Positions 25,030-35,178 of a stretch of DNA of 64,000 nucleotides are shown here, in pieces (within the stretch, counting starts at the first letter, position 1; every line of letters starts with the position of its first letter). This stretch comes from an uncultured bacterium. GTDB taxonomy: Bacteria > Patescibacteriota > Minisyncoccia > UBA6257 > GWB1-50-10. The stretch spans positions 5,403 to 69,402 of the forward strand of contig CAIKKG010000027.1 of assembly GCA_903827975.1 (NCBI GenBank). The letters run 5' to 3'. The notes beneath the pieces were generated by a model that saw nothing but the letters and a program-made list of their open reading frames with translations, made no database searches and had not been told where the DNA came from. A program made the position numbers and the translations under genes.

Positions 25030-25521
25030 ATGAGAAAAGTTAGAAAGCGTTTTACTGATGAATCGGCTATGGTCCTTTTTCGCGCGCCTATTTATGTATT
25101 TGCGGAAGAGCTTATGAAGCAGGACAGTAATGAGTTTTACAGGGAGGAAGACAGGGTGGTGCTTCTTAAGACATTTCTACGAATCGCGAAGAAGTGGAAG
25201 TTTACTCCCACTGAGTGCCAAACTCTGCTTGGGCTTTCAGCAATCAACCCTAAATCTTGGCAGTACTGGATTCGAAGGGCTAAGGATGGAAAAAGCTTTT
25301 CAAGAAGCAATCGGAGTAGGTTAGAACGAATTGCGTACATAATCAGTATCTATAAGTTTTCAAACTTTTTGTTTTGTGAGACCAATGGGGGATTCACCTG
25401 GTTTAATTCTCCAAATCCGGCATCACCATTTCTCGGGAAATCACCATTTCAATATGTTTTAGATGGTCGCATAGTTGGGCTTTATCGTGCATACGCACAC
25501 CTTGCCGCTATGAAGCCATAG
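25030..25521 (+). CDS. DUF2384 (MbcA/ParS/Xre-type antitoxin C-terminal domain) protein, no cognate RES toxin adjacent
   Basis: C-terminus WFNSPNPASPFLGKSPFQYVLDGRIVGLYRAYAHL fits the W..PNPAL.G..P..L....G...V...L pattern. Confidence 0.45.
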   Translation: MRKVRKRFTDESAMVLFRAPIYVFAEELMKQDSNEFYREEDRVVLLKTFLRIAKKWKFTPTECQTLLGLSAINPKSWQYWIRRAKDGKSFSRSNRSRLERIAYIISIYKFSNFLFCETNGGFTWFNSPNPASPFLGKSPFQYVLDGRIVGLYRAYAHLAAMKP

Positions 25522-25590
25522 TAATTTTCCCCTCTGCACGTGCGGAGGGATTTTTATTTCGTAAAAAGTGCGATAGGATGATTTTAATAT

Positions 25591-26796
25591 ATGAAGCGAA
25601 TTTATTTTGATCACGCGGCATCTACGCCGACGCGCAAGGAAGTTATAAAGGCAATGACGCCATATTTTTCTTCATGCTTTGGAAATCCGAGCTCGCTTCA
25701 TTCGTTTGGGCAGGAGGGAATAAAGGCCATTGATAAAGCGAGAGAAACCGTGGCTCACGCACTTAATGCACAGTTTCGCGAAATAGTTTTTACGGGGTCT
25801 GCAACGGAGGCAAATAATCTTGCTTTGCGAGGAAGTATAAGACAGTTCAAATTACTAAATCCAAATGTAAGACCTCGCATATTAGTTTCTGCAATTGAAC
25901 ATGAGTCGGTTTTGGAAACCGCAAAAGATCTGGAAAGAGATGGTGTTGAGCGTGTAATTATTCCAGTTAATGAAAGTGGTCTTGTTGATGTTGAACGAAT
26001 AAAAAAAGAACTAAATGAACGTACGGTACTAATCTCTGTTATGTATGTAAATAATGAGATTGGAAGTGTTCAGCCACTTTCTGAAATAGCTGAGTTAATA
26101 AAAAAATGGAAAGCAGTTAGAAAAGAAAAGACACCATATCCAATTTTTCACACAGATGCTGTTCAGGCGTTTAATTATTTTGACTGTAATGTTGAGGGGC
26201 TCGGCGTAGACATGATGACGATTTCTGGACATAAGATTGGCGGACCGAAGGGTGTCGGGGTTTTGTATGTTAGAGACTTACAACCAAAAACAAATAATGT
26301 GCAGGGACAGAAAAAGATGCAACCTATTACAACTGGGGGTGGGCAGGAGTTTGGTATGCGCTCAGGCACAGAGAACGTTCCATGTATTGTTGGATTTGCA
26401 GAGGCTTTGAGGCTCGCATCACGTGAGCGGAAAAAAGAACGAGCGAGACTTTTAGCAATTAAAAAATATTTTTGGAGTGGTCTAAAAAAGATAATTACAG
26501 ATGTTCGTATATATGGTGCAGATGAGAAGCATTTTTCGGATGCATCTCCACACATTTTAAATGTAAGTTGGAGTGGTGCGCATATTGATGATGTAATTGT
26601 GCGTTTAGATATACTTGGAATTTCTGCCTCATCGGGTTCAGCATGTGCATCAAGGGCGAGTACTCACTCTCATGTGCTTTCTGCGCTCCTTGAGAATGCA
26701 TCTCGTGGAATACGATTTAGTTTTGGTAGGACAACTACCAAGAGTGAGATTGATGAGACCCTTAAAAGGATGAAAAAGGCTTTTAAGGCATATTAA
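25591..26796 (+). CDS. cysteine desulfurase (class V aminotransferase, IscS/NifS-like)
   Basis: PLP-lysine motif ISGHKIGGPKGVG. Active-site Cys region SSGSACAS. Confidence 0.8.
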   Translation: MKRIYFDHAASTPTRKEVIKAMTPYFSSCFGNPSSLHSFGQEGIKAIDKARETVAHALNAQFREIVFTGSATEANNLALRGSIRQFKLLNPNVRPRILVSAIEHESVLETAKDLERDGVERVIIPVNESGLVDVERIKKELNERTVLISVMYVNNEIGSVQPLSEIAELIKKWKAVRKEKTPYPIFHTDAVQAFNYFDCNVEGLGVDMMTISGHKIGGPKGVGVLYVRDLQPKTNNVQGQKKMQPITTGGGQEFGMRSGTENVPCIVGFAEALRLASRERKKERARLLAIKKYFWSGLKKIITDVRIYGADEKHFSDASPHILNVSWSGAHIDDVIVRLDILGISASSGSACASRASTHSHVLSALLENASRGIRFSFGRTTTKSEIDETLKRMKKAFKAY

Positions 26797-26821
26797 TTAG
26801 TTATTTAGTATAATTAGAAGT

Positions 26822-27592
26822 ATGGAACAAGAAAAATTAAAAAAATACACATTAGCCGTTTTTGGTTCTGCTGCGGTTCTCGTAGCATTCTCTGTTTGGA
26901 ATTATTCGGATGCGTATTCAAAATCAATTCAACCGAGTTCATTTCGTAGTTTCTCAGTAAGTGCAGAGGGGAAGTCAGTATCAATTCCTGATATTGCTTC
27001 TTTTACATTTAGTCTCGTAACTCAGGGAGACAAGAATCTTGCAAAAATACAGGGCGAGAATACAGACAAGATGAATAAGGCAATCGCATTTGTAAAAGCG
27101 AATGGCATTGCTGATAAGGATATAAAGACCGAGAGTTACTCAGTGCAACCAAGGTATCAGTACAGCACATGCCCACCAAACGGCGGGGTATGTCCTCCAG
27201 CAGAAATAGTAGGGTATGAGATTAATCAGTCAGTGCTCGTAAAAATTCGTGACTTTGCAAAGATCGGAGATATTCTTGCCGGCGTAGTGAATAATGGAGC
27301 AAACTCTGTTTCGGGTTTCCAGTTTACACTCGATAATCCTACAAGCGCACAAGATTTAGCACGTGCAGAGGCAATTCAGAAGGCAAAGGTAAAAGCCGAG
27401 GCGATTGCGAAAGCCGGTGGTTTCTCACTTGGAAGATTGCTTGGCATTTCAGAGGGTTCAAATTATCCTCAGCCAATGTATGCATATTCTACAAAAGCGA
27501 TGGCTGGTGCAGACTCAGCCTCTTCTCCTACTGTTGAAGCTGGCTCACAGGAGACGACGGTGAATGTAAGTTTGCAGTACGAGATACAGTAA
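26822..27592 (+). CDS. SIMPL/DUF541 domain protein
   Basis: N-terminal TM. Periplasmic 26-kDa immunogenic-protein-like domain. Confidence 0.5.
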   Translation: MEQEKLKKYTLAVFGSAAVLVAFSVWNYSDAYSKSIQPSSFRSFSVSAEGKSVSIPDIASFTFSLVTQGDKNLAKIQGENTDKMNKAIAFVKANGIADKDIKTESYSVQPRYQYSTCPPNGGVCPPAEIVGYEINQSVLVKIRDFAKIGDILAGVVNNGANSVSGFQFTLDNPTSAQDLARAEAIQKAKVKAEAIAKAGGFSLGRLLGISEGSNYPQPMYAYSTKAMAGADSASSPTVEAGSQETTVNVSLQYEIQ

Positions 27593-27600
27593 ATATTAAA

Positions 27601-27627
27601 AATCCCCGCAAGTAGCGGGGATTTTTA
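27601..27627 (+). terminator. rho-independent terminator
   Basis: aaatccccgcaagtagcggggattttt. Confidence 0.6.
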
Positions 27628-27731
27628 ATGAAATATTTTCTATAATATAAGTGTATTAAATAAGTCGAACATAATACGTTTTTTCCCCAGAATGGATTTG
27701 ACGTTTTATTATTTTATTTATAATTAAACAT

Positions 27732-29003
27732 ATGCATAACAAAAAGAAAATACAAATAATAGTAGCTTTAATTTTTGTAGCGCTTATGCTCGGCGTAAGT
27801 GCTGCACGCGCAGGATTTTTTAATAATGCGTCGTATTTAATTAAGGGCCTTTTAACAAAAGATATTAATATAGGTAGGGAGCTTGGCATCTCTTCTGGTG
27901 ACAAGACAATCTCTGCGCCTTTATATAAGCCCGCACTTGATTATGAGGAGGCGGTCGTGAGTGCTGTAGAAGGTGCATCACCATCTGTGGTTTCAATTGT
28001 AATTACAAAGGACGTGCCACTTTTAGAAAACTGCACATATGATCCGTTTGCTGATATGCCATCAGACATTAGAAGTATGTTTGGTAGTGGTACACAGTTT
28101 TCTCGTCCATGTGAGAGCACCACTCAAAAAGAAACTAAAGAGATTGGAGGTGGTTCAGGATTTATTGTTTCTACGGACGGATTAATTTTGACCAATAAAC
28201 ATGTTGTGTCTGACACAAAGGCGGACTATACCGTCTTCACAAGTAATGGGAAAAAATATTCTGCAAAAGTTTTAGCACGCGACACAACGAATGATATTGC
28301 GCTTATTAAAATTGAGGCCACCGGACTTAAAGCGGCTACGCTTGGAAATTCTGATTCAATAAAATTGGGGCAGACCGCAATTGTAATTGGTAATGCACTT
28401 GGAGAATTTCGCAATACAGTTTCTACTGGTGTAATCTCAGGACTTTCGAGAAATGTTACCGCTGGCGGTGCATCATTTGGAAGCGAGACCATCTCTGGAG
28501 TTATTCAGACGGATGCTGCAATTAACCCTGGAAATTCTGGTGGCCCACTTCTGAACCTCCGCGGTGAGGTGATAGGTATGAATACTGCGATGGCGGATGG
28601 TGCTCAGAACATAGGTTTTGCAATTCCAATTAACCAGGCAAAACGCGCTATTGAATCTGTAAAGAAAACTGGAAGTATAAAAAATCCATATATAGGTGTT
28701 CGATATATGTTGCTTAATGAGGAGACAGCGAAAAAGCAAAAACTCTCACTAAACGAGGGTGCATTAGTTCGTGGTACATCAGACGGTCCTGCGATAGTTA
28801 AGGGCTCTCCAGCTGATAAGGCGGGCATACAGGCTGAGGACATTATTATGGCTGTAAACGATGACGCAATAACAGCAGAAAAAACAGTCACTCAGATTTT
28901 GCAAAAATACGGCGTAGGAGATCTAATCACATTAAAAATTAAACGAGGGGAGAATATTATTTATCTCTCTCTTAAGTTAGAAGAGAGACCAGAGTCGTTG
29001 TAG
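27732..29003 (+). CDS. htrA: HtrA/DegP-family serine protease with PDZ domain
   Basis: GSGFIVSTDGLILTNKHVV (His), D, GNSGGPLLN (Ser) triad. C-terminal PDZ. Confidence 0.85.
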   Translation: MHNKKKIQIIVALIFVALMLGVSAARAGFFNNASYLIKGLLTKDINIGRELGISSGDKTISAPLYKPALDYEEAVVSAVEGASPSVVSIVITKDVPLLENCTYDPFADMPSDIRSMFGSGTQFSRPCESTTQKETKEIGGGSGFIVSTDGLILTNKHVVSDTKADYTVFTSNGKKYSAKVLARDTTNDIALIKIEATGLKAATLGNSDSIKLGQTAIVIGNALGEFRNTVSTGVISGLSRNVTAGGASFGSETISGVIQTDAAINPGNSGGPLLNLRGEVIGMNTAMADGAQNIGFAIPINQAKRAIESVKKTGSIKNPYIGVRYMLLNEETAKKQKLSLNEGALVRGTSDGPAIVKGSPADKAGIQAEDIIMAVNDDAITAEKTVTQILQKYGVGDLITLKIKRGENIIYLSLKLEERPESL

Positions 29004-29189
29004 AGGTTAAAAAATAAAAAGCCCCACACATTGTGTGGGGCTTCGTTGCCGGCGCGCGTTCAGTTTCCGGTAAGACAGACCAGTCTGGTGCGCGGGCGAC
29101 TTAAAACAAATCAAAAAGACCTGAGACGAGTCTAACACACTTATATTTTGTGTCAATAAAAAAGCCCCGCATTATAGCGGGGCTTGGGC

Positions 29190-29530
29190 TTAGCTCGTGA
29201 TCGGCACAGGTCTATGACGCCTGGGGTGGAGGGGATGGCAACGTATGTCGCCGGCGGTTTCCCGTCCTATGGCGTGTAACCAGTGCGGACCAACGAGCGG
29301 CCCATCAGGCAGTGGGGCTGCGAGCTCGAAAGCTCATAGTAACCCTACCTTTCTGTTGCGTCTCGGACTCGGCCTGACGCTCAGTGCGCGCTCGTACGCT
29401 CTCGGCGTTGAGGGGCGCTGTTTCATGGGTCCACGGGCGAAGGTCGCCTCGGGCGTTTGCCGGGGTCAGATGACCGCGACAGTTCCTGGTCGATTTCGCC
29501 ATTCGGCGGTAACCGCTATTGGGTGAACTA
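29190..29530 (-). ncRNA. GC-rich (about 60% GC) non-coding island, candidate structured RNA, unassigned. Contains a divergent family-2 core copy
   Basis: GC is far above the local roughly 38%. No credible ORF. A minus-strand terminator lies at 29160-29190 (gcccaagccccgctataatgcggggcttttttatt). The minus strand carries caacgccgagagcgtacgag...gaaaggtagggtt, resembling gaacgccggagcgtatcacg...gagaggttagggc at 19056-19143. Confidence 0.3.
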
Positions 29531-29592
29531 AAAATATATTAGCACATATATAAAAAATGTCAATGCTAGTATCTCTGTTGGCTTTTTAGTGT

Positions 29593-30729
29593 TTGGTAAT
29601 GCAAAATAAGTGTATGTTATATCTTCGCATTATTTTATTTCTCATTCCCGCACTTCTAATATTTTTTGGAGGACACTATGCGCTATATTTTTCAGTGGTT
29701 CGGTTTTTCAGTATTACTAATTCCACTTACAAATTTATTTTTGCGGGCGTTCTGGCATTTTTAGCAGTAAGTTTTTTCACTTCATCTATTCTTGCGCGAT
29801 TTAGCGAGAACACGTTTACTAGAATTCTTTATTTTCTCTCGGCGTCCTGGCTCGGACTTCTTGTAAATCTACTTCTTGCATGTGGGTTTGTAGCGATAGT
29901 GCTCTTGATTGCGCGTATTGTTGGTTTTTCAATTAATGGTGTATTACTCGCTTCTGTTTTTTTCATCATCGCTTTTTTCTTTTCACTTTATGGAGTTTGG
30001 AATGCTATGAATCCTCAGGTAAAGGAGGTCTCTGTAGCAATTCCAAATCTGCCCGAAGAATGGAAGGGGAAGAAGGTTGTTCAATTATCGGACGTGCATC
30101 TTGGAATTGTGCATCGTGAGGATTTTATGCGCGACATAGTTACCAAGATTGAAGCGGTAAATCCAAACATGGTTGTTATCACTGGCGATCTTTTTGATGG
30201 AATGGATGGAGATGTCACACCCCTTGTCCGTCCACTTTTAGATCTTAAGCCAAGTAATGGGATGTACTTCATTACTGGAAATCACGAAACATATCTTGGC
30301 GTTGATGACGCCCTATTAGCACTTAGTAAGACGAACGTAAAAGTTCTTAAGAATGAGGTCGTTGATGTTAACGGATTGAAGCTTATAGGAATTAACTATC
30401 CTACCCTTGATGAGAATGAAAACGTTTCGACAATATTAGACTCATTAAAAGAAAAATATTTTGGAATGCCAAATATTCTTCTATATCACGCACCAACATC
30501 GATTGCTGAGATAAAAGCGCGAGGTGTTAATCTTCAGTTGTCGGGCCACACGCACAAAGGCCAGCTCTTCCCATTTGGATATATCACAAAGCTTATCTAT
30601 AAGGGATATGATTACGGATTATTCACTGAAGGGAATTATTCTCTATATACTACAAACGGAGTTGGTACGTGGGGTCCTCCAATGAGAACTGGTAATACTC
30701 CCGAGATTGTTGTTATAACTCTTAAGTAG
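29593..30729 (+). CDS. membrane-anchored calcineurin-like metallophosphoesterase
   Basis: Motifs DVHLG, GDLFDG, GNHE, GHTHKG. About 4 N-terminal TM helices. Confidence 0.7.
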   Translation: MVMQNKCMLYLRIILFLIPALLIFFGGHYALYFSVVRFFSITNSTYKFIFAGVLAFLAVSFFTSSILARFSENTFTRILYFLSASWLGLLVNLLLACGFVAIVLLIARIVGFSINGVLLASVFFIIAFFFSLYGVWNAMNPQVKEVSVAIPNLPEEWKGKKVVQLSDVHLGIVHREDFMRDIVTKIEAVNPNMVVITGDLFDGMDGDVTPLVRPLLDLKPSNGMYFITGNHETYLGVDDALLALSKTNVKVLKNEVVDVNGLKLIGINYPTLDENENVSTILDSLKEKYFGMPNILLYHAPTSIAEIKARGVNLQLSGHTHKGQLFPFGYITKLIYKGYDYGLFTEGNYSLYTTNGVGTWGPPMRTGNTPEIVVITLK

Positions 30730-30846
30730 GTGAGATGTGAGCTAAATTAGCACTCAGCTTGTTAGATTGCTAATAGGGCTAGACCTGCTATAATTAGCTT
30801 GTTAGATTTAGCGGTTTTTACACATTTAAATTTAAATTAATTACTT

Positions 30847-33579
30847 ATGCCAAACTTTAATCGATTTACAATAAAGGCTCAGGAAGCATTACAGAATGCG
30901 CAGGATTATGTTATGAAGCACAACCACAGTGAGTTGAAGCCGCTTCATTTATTGCTCGCACTTTTGAATGATGAGCAGACATTGGTCCGCCCAATGCTTG
31001 TCCGTCTTAATGTTGATATCCCTAAACTTGAAGAGCGCGCAGAGGCAGCGCTTATTAGAATGCCTAGGGTATTTTCTGGTACTCAGAATCAGCAACTTTA
31101 TCTCTCTCAGGAACTTTTGAAAATATTGGATCGTGCGAGTGAGATAATAAAAACTCAGGGTGATGAGTTTATTTCATGTGAGCATCTTTTGCTTGCACTT
31201 GCCGACGTTCAATCAATCGCACAAGACTTACTCATGCAGGGTGGCGCAAAAAAAGATAATCTTCAAAAAATCTTGGGCGAGCTTCGTGGTTCAAACAGGG
31301 TTACTGATGAGACGCCAGAATCAAAATTCCAGGTGCTCGAGAAGTATGCAATCAACATGACTGACAAGGCTCGTGAGGGTAAGCTAGACCCTGTTATAGG
31401 AAGAGAGGAGGAGTTGAGAAGACTCATGCAGATTCTTTCTAGGAGAACTAAAAATAATCCGATATTAATTGGAGAACCCGGAGTCGGAAAGACGGCTATT
31501 GTTGAGGGTCTCGCACAGCGCATTATCTCAGGAGACGTTCCAGAGCCATTAAAAGGTAGAGAGGTTATCATGCTTGATTTGGGCTCCTTAATTGCTGGAA
31601 CTAAATTCCGTGGAGAGTTTGAGGATAGACTAAAAGCTTTTTTGAAAGAGATTCAAAAATCAGAAGGAAGACTTCTTCTTTTCATTGATGAGATTCATAT
31701 GATTGTTGGGGCTGGAGCCGCAGAGGGTGCAATTGATGCTTCAAACTTATTGAAGCCAGCACTTGCGCGTGGTGAGCTTCACGCAATTGGAGCAACAACA
31801 ATTAAAGAGTTTCAAAAACATATTGAGAAGGATGCCGCACTTGAGCGAAGGTTCCAACCAATTTTAGTTGATGAGCCTACAATAGAAGACTCAATTTCTA
31901 TTCTTCGCGGACTTAAAGAAAAATACGAGATGCATCATGGATTAAAAATTTCTGACGCAGCAATTATTGCGGCAGTTAATCTTTCTTCAAGATACATAAC
32001 AGACAGATTCTTACCTGATAAAGCTGTTGACCTTATTGATGAGGCATCAGCTGCACGTCGTTTGGAATCAGAAAGTATTCCACAAGAGTTAGATAAGATT
32101 CGCAGAGAGATTACAAAGCTTGAGATAGAGCGTTCCGCATTAATGCAGGAGAACGTTGGCTCACGCACACCTAAAAAGATATCTCCAAGGTTAAAAGAAG
32201 TTGATGAAAAACTTCTTGCTTTGAAAACTGAAAATACAGAACTATCAGGCAAGTGGCATAACGAAAAAGTAACATTCGAAAAGTTTCATAATTTGCGTAA
32301 GAAGATAGATGATCTTAGGCATGAGGCTGAGGTTGCAGAGCGTGAGGGAAATTTTGAACGCGTTGCAAAAATTCTTTACGGAGAACTTCCTATCGCTGAG
32401 AAGGAGTATCAGGCATTCGAGAAAAAATATTTGAAACTAAATGGTGGACTCGAAACTGACGCATCCAGTGCAACTAAAAAAGGTACTGGCGGAAAGAAAA
32501 CAACAAAGACTAAAAAAGCAGAAGAAAAAGCTGATTACAGATTTATAAAAGAAAAAATAGATGAGGAGGATATTGCAGGCGTTGTCTCAAGATGGACGGG
32601 AATTCCTGTTTCAAAAATGTTGGAGTCCGAGATGCAGAAGTTGTCTCGCCTCGAGGAGGAGCTTGGAACACGTGTAATAGGGCAGGAGGAGGCAATCAGT
32701 GGTGTTGCTCGCGCACTGCGTCGTTCGCGTGCCGGTCTTGCTGAGGAGGATAAGCCAGCCGGTTCATTTATGTTCCTTGGTCCAACTGGAGTAGGAAAGA
32801 CAGAGCTTGCAAAAGCGCTTGCTGACTTTATGTTCAACGATGATAAGGCACTCGTCAGAATCGACATGTCTGAATATATGGAGCGTCACGCTGTTGCTCG
32901 TTTAATTGGCTCACCTCCAGGATATGTTGGGCACGACGAGGGCGGACAGCTTACGCAGATTGTGCGCCACCGGCCGTATAGTTTGATTTTGTTTGATGAA
33001 ATTGAAAAAGCGCATCCGGAGGTATTTAATATTTTGCTACAAGTCCTTGATAACGGAAGACTTACAGACGGCAAGGGTAAGACTGTTAACTTTAAGAACA
33101 CAATAATAATTCTCACTTCAAATGTCGGTAGTTCATACTTTAAGGAGATGTCACGAATTGGATTTGGTGTTGGCGAGAAAGGAAAGGAAAATGACGATAA
33201 GGAGAAGCAGTTTAAAGATGGTGTGAATGAAGCGCTTCGCGAAACATTCCGTCCTGAATTTTTGAACAGGTTAGATGAGACTGTTATTTTCAACACGCTA
33301 AGACCCGCAGCGATTGAGAAGATTGTTGATATTCAGATTGCAAAGCTCGAGGCCCGCCTCAAGGATCGCAATATCGCAATTGTTGTTAAACCACAGATTA
33401 AAAAATATATTGCCGAAAAAGGGTTTGATCCTGATTATGGAGCGCGCCCAATTAAACGACTTATACAAAAGGTCATTGTAGATGCACTAGCCGACAAAAT
33501 AATTCGCGGCGAGGTTAAAGATGGACAAAAACTTACTATCTCACTTTCTAAAGAAAATAGAGTTGAAATTAGTCGCTAA
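30847..33579 (+). CDS. clpB: ATP-dependent chaperone ClpB
   Basis: Two AAA+ modules (GEPGVGKT, GPTGVGKT), long coiled-coil M-domain, Clp N-domain. Confidence 0.9.
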   Translation: MPNFNRFTIKAQEALQNAQDYVMKHNHSELKPLHLLLALLNDEQTLVRPMLVRLNVDIPKLEERAEAALIRMPRVFSGTQNQQLYLSQELLKILDRASEIIKTQGDEFISCEHLLLALADVQSIAQDLLMQGGAKKDNLQKILGELRGSNRVTDETPESKFQVLEKYAINMTDKAREGKLDPVIGREEELRRLMQILSRRTKNNPILIGEPGVGKTAIVEGLAQRIISGDVPEPLKGREVIMLDLGSLIAGTKFRGEFEDRLKAFLKEIQKSEGRLLLFIDEIHMIVGAGAAEGAIDASNLLKPALARGELHAIGATTIKEFQKHIEKDAALERRFQPILVDEPTIEDSISILRGLKEKYEMHHGLKISDAAIIAAVNLSSRYITDRFLPDKAVDLIDEASAARRLESESIPQELDKIRREITKLEIERSALMQENVGSRTPKKISPRLKEVDEKLLALKTENTELSGKWHNEKVTFEKFHNLRKKIDDLRHEAEVAEREGNFERVAKILYGELPIAEKEYQAFEKKYLKLNGGLETDASSATKKGTGGKKTTKTKKAEEKADYRFIKEKIDEEDIAGVVSRWTGIPVSKMLESEMQKLSRLEEELGTRVIGQEEAISGVARALRRSRAGLAEEDKPAGSFMFLGPTGVGKTELAKALADFMFNDDKALVRIDMSEYMERHAVARLIGSPPGYVGHDEGGQLTQIVRHRPYSLILFDEIEKAHPEVFNILLQVLDNGRLTDGKGKTVNFKNTIIILTSNVGSSYFKEMSRIGFGVGEKGKENDDKEKQFKDGVNEALRETFRPEFLNRLDETVIFNTLRPAAIEKIVDIQIAKLEARLKDRNIAIVVKPQIKKYIAEKGFDPDYGARPIKRLIQKVIVDALADKIIRGEVKDGQKLTISLSKENRVEISR

Positions 33580-33598
33580 AATTGCATTTGTCGCTCTC

Positions 33599-34267
33599 AT
33601 GCTCTTATGGGCATGGGGGTCTGACTTTGCAGTTATTCCACTTATTTTATTTGTAATTGCACCATCAATTGCTTATTTTTCTGAAGCACAGGAGAGAAGG
33701 CATTTTAGAGCTTCATACTGGATACTCTGCCTACTCGCATTACTTGGCGTAATGATGACGGGTGGAAGTGATGGAATATCAATCTCATCTCTGCTCATTA
33801 TTTTGGTTTTTGCACTTGGTATTGCAGTCGAGGTTGGTTTTTTCAGATTCTTTTTTTCGGACAGGATGCTAGTCTATAGTATTTTTCACATAGTTCTTAT
33901 TATTTCGCTATTTTTAGTATTTTTTGTGGCAGAGCTCTCACTACTCTCTGTTGTTTTCTTACTAACAGCGCTTACATTTTTATTTTTAGAATTTTTCTCA
34001 CTCGCAGATGTGCGGTGGAAGGGCAGAGTTCTTCTTATGAGTGTGGCTCTAGGATTTTTTGGAACAGAACTCGCTATTCTCGTTCGGCTTATGCCACTTG
34101 GATTTATAAACGCATCAGCATTTCTTGGGCTCACAACTCTTTTGGTCCGCGACGCAGCACGCGCGCATTTTGACGGAACGCTCGACCTACCACTTATTTT
34201 GAGAGGCCTCGCAATATTCTTAGTTTTGTCTGTTCTAATATTTAGTGTTTCTGTCTGGGGTATATAG
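33599..34267 (+). CDS. polytopic membrane hypothetical protein
   Basis: The ORF from 33521 overlaps the clpB 3' end. The first internal Met after the clpB stop was chosen. The start is uncertain. Confidence 0.4.
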   Translation: MLLWAWGSDFAVIPLILFVIAPSIAYFSEAQERRHFRASYWILCLLALLGVMMTGGSDGISISSLLIILVFALGIAVEVGFFRFFFSDRMLVYSIFHIVLIISLFLVFFVAELSLLSVVFLLTALTFLFLEFFSLADVRWKGRVLLMSVALGFFGTELAILVRLMPLGFINASAFLGLTTLLVRDAARAHFDGTLDLPLILRGLAIFLVLSVLIFSVSVWGI

Positions 34268-34377
34268 GTTTTTAAATCAGAGTTCAGCATCATTTGATGG
34301 TGTATTTAATATTTTTTGTTTGCCAAAAGCACCCTATCGTGGTTTGATTCGGTCAGATACTTAAAAGGAGAAATAAA

Positions 34378-35178
34378 ATGGCACTTCCATTAGATTTAGT
34401 GCTTGTGCGTCATGGTCAGTCAGAGGGAAATGCGGCAAATCGCCTTTCTGAAAAGGGTGATCATAGTGCATATACATCTGGGTTTAGAGATAGACACTCA
34501 TCTAGTTTTCGACTTACAGATAAGGGAAGATTGCAGGCAACGCGAGCCGGTTTATGGATTCGCGAAGAGTTTCCTGATTTTGACCGTTATTTTGTCTCGG
34601 AATATTTGCGAGCCATGGAGACAGCCGCCATTTTGGCGCTGCCTCACGCAAAATGGCTTTCTGATTTTTATCTGACCGAACGTGACTGGGGTGCGCTTGA
34701 TGCACGTCCAGAAAGTGAACGGTTGGAGCAGTTTGGGAATGAACTGAGACTTAGAGATGTTGAGCCATTTTTCTGGCGACCCCCAAATGGGGAATCATTT
34801 GCCGAGCTCTGCCTTCGGGTCGACAGAGTTCTAAACACGCTTCATAGGGAGTGTGGCGATAAGCGGGTGATTATTGTCTGCCACGGCGAGGTAATGCGGG
34901 CATTTCAGGTGCGGATTGAGCGCATGTCTCAAATCAGGTTTCGAGAGCTTATTTCCTCAGATTTGAGCGAGAATCGCATCTATAATTGTGAGATTATCCA
35001 TTATTCCCGCCGTGCAAACGGGGTGGGGAAGCTATTTCCCTTTATGGAGTGTGTGCGCAAAATAAGGCCGACTGAGGAGCCCGCCTGGACGACCGGATGG
35101 CGCCCAATTGAGCGTATTCGCTACTCAAATGAGGATCTGCTTGCCATAGTCTCGCAGACACCCGCTATTCTTAAATAA
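34378..35178 (+). CDS. histidine phosphatase family protein (phosphoglycerate-mutase-like)
   Basis: LVRHGQSEGN motif. Confidence 0.65.
   Translation: MALPLDLVLVRHGQSEGNAANRLSEKGDHSAYTSGFRDRHSSSFRLTDKGRLQATRAGLWIREEFPDFDRYFVSEYLRAMETAAILALPHAKWLSDFYLTERDWGALDARPESERLEQFGNELRLRDVEPFFWRPPNGESFAELCLRVDRVLNTLHRECGDKRVIIVCHGEVMRAFQVRIERMSQIRFRELISSDLSENRIYNCEIIHYSRRANGVGKLFPFMECVRKIRPTEEPAWTTGWRPIERIRYSNEDLLAIVSQTPAILK

Noticed and set aside
29245-29526. 93-aa ORF inside the GC-rich island
   Set aside because: Low-complexity Gly/Ser/Ala/Arg composition. No RBS. Better explained as structured RNA or acquired non-coding DNA.
33521-33598. 5' part of the ORF overlapping the clpB 3' end
   Set aside because: A 58-nt same-strand overlap with a highly conserved gene is unlikely. 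The start was moved to the first Met after the clpB stop, with low confidence.
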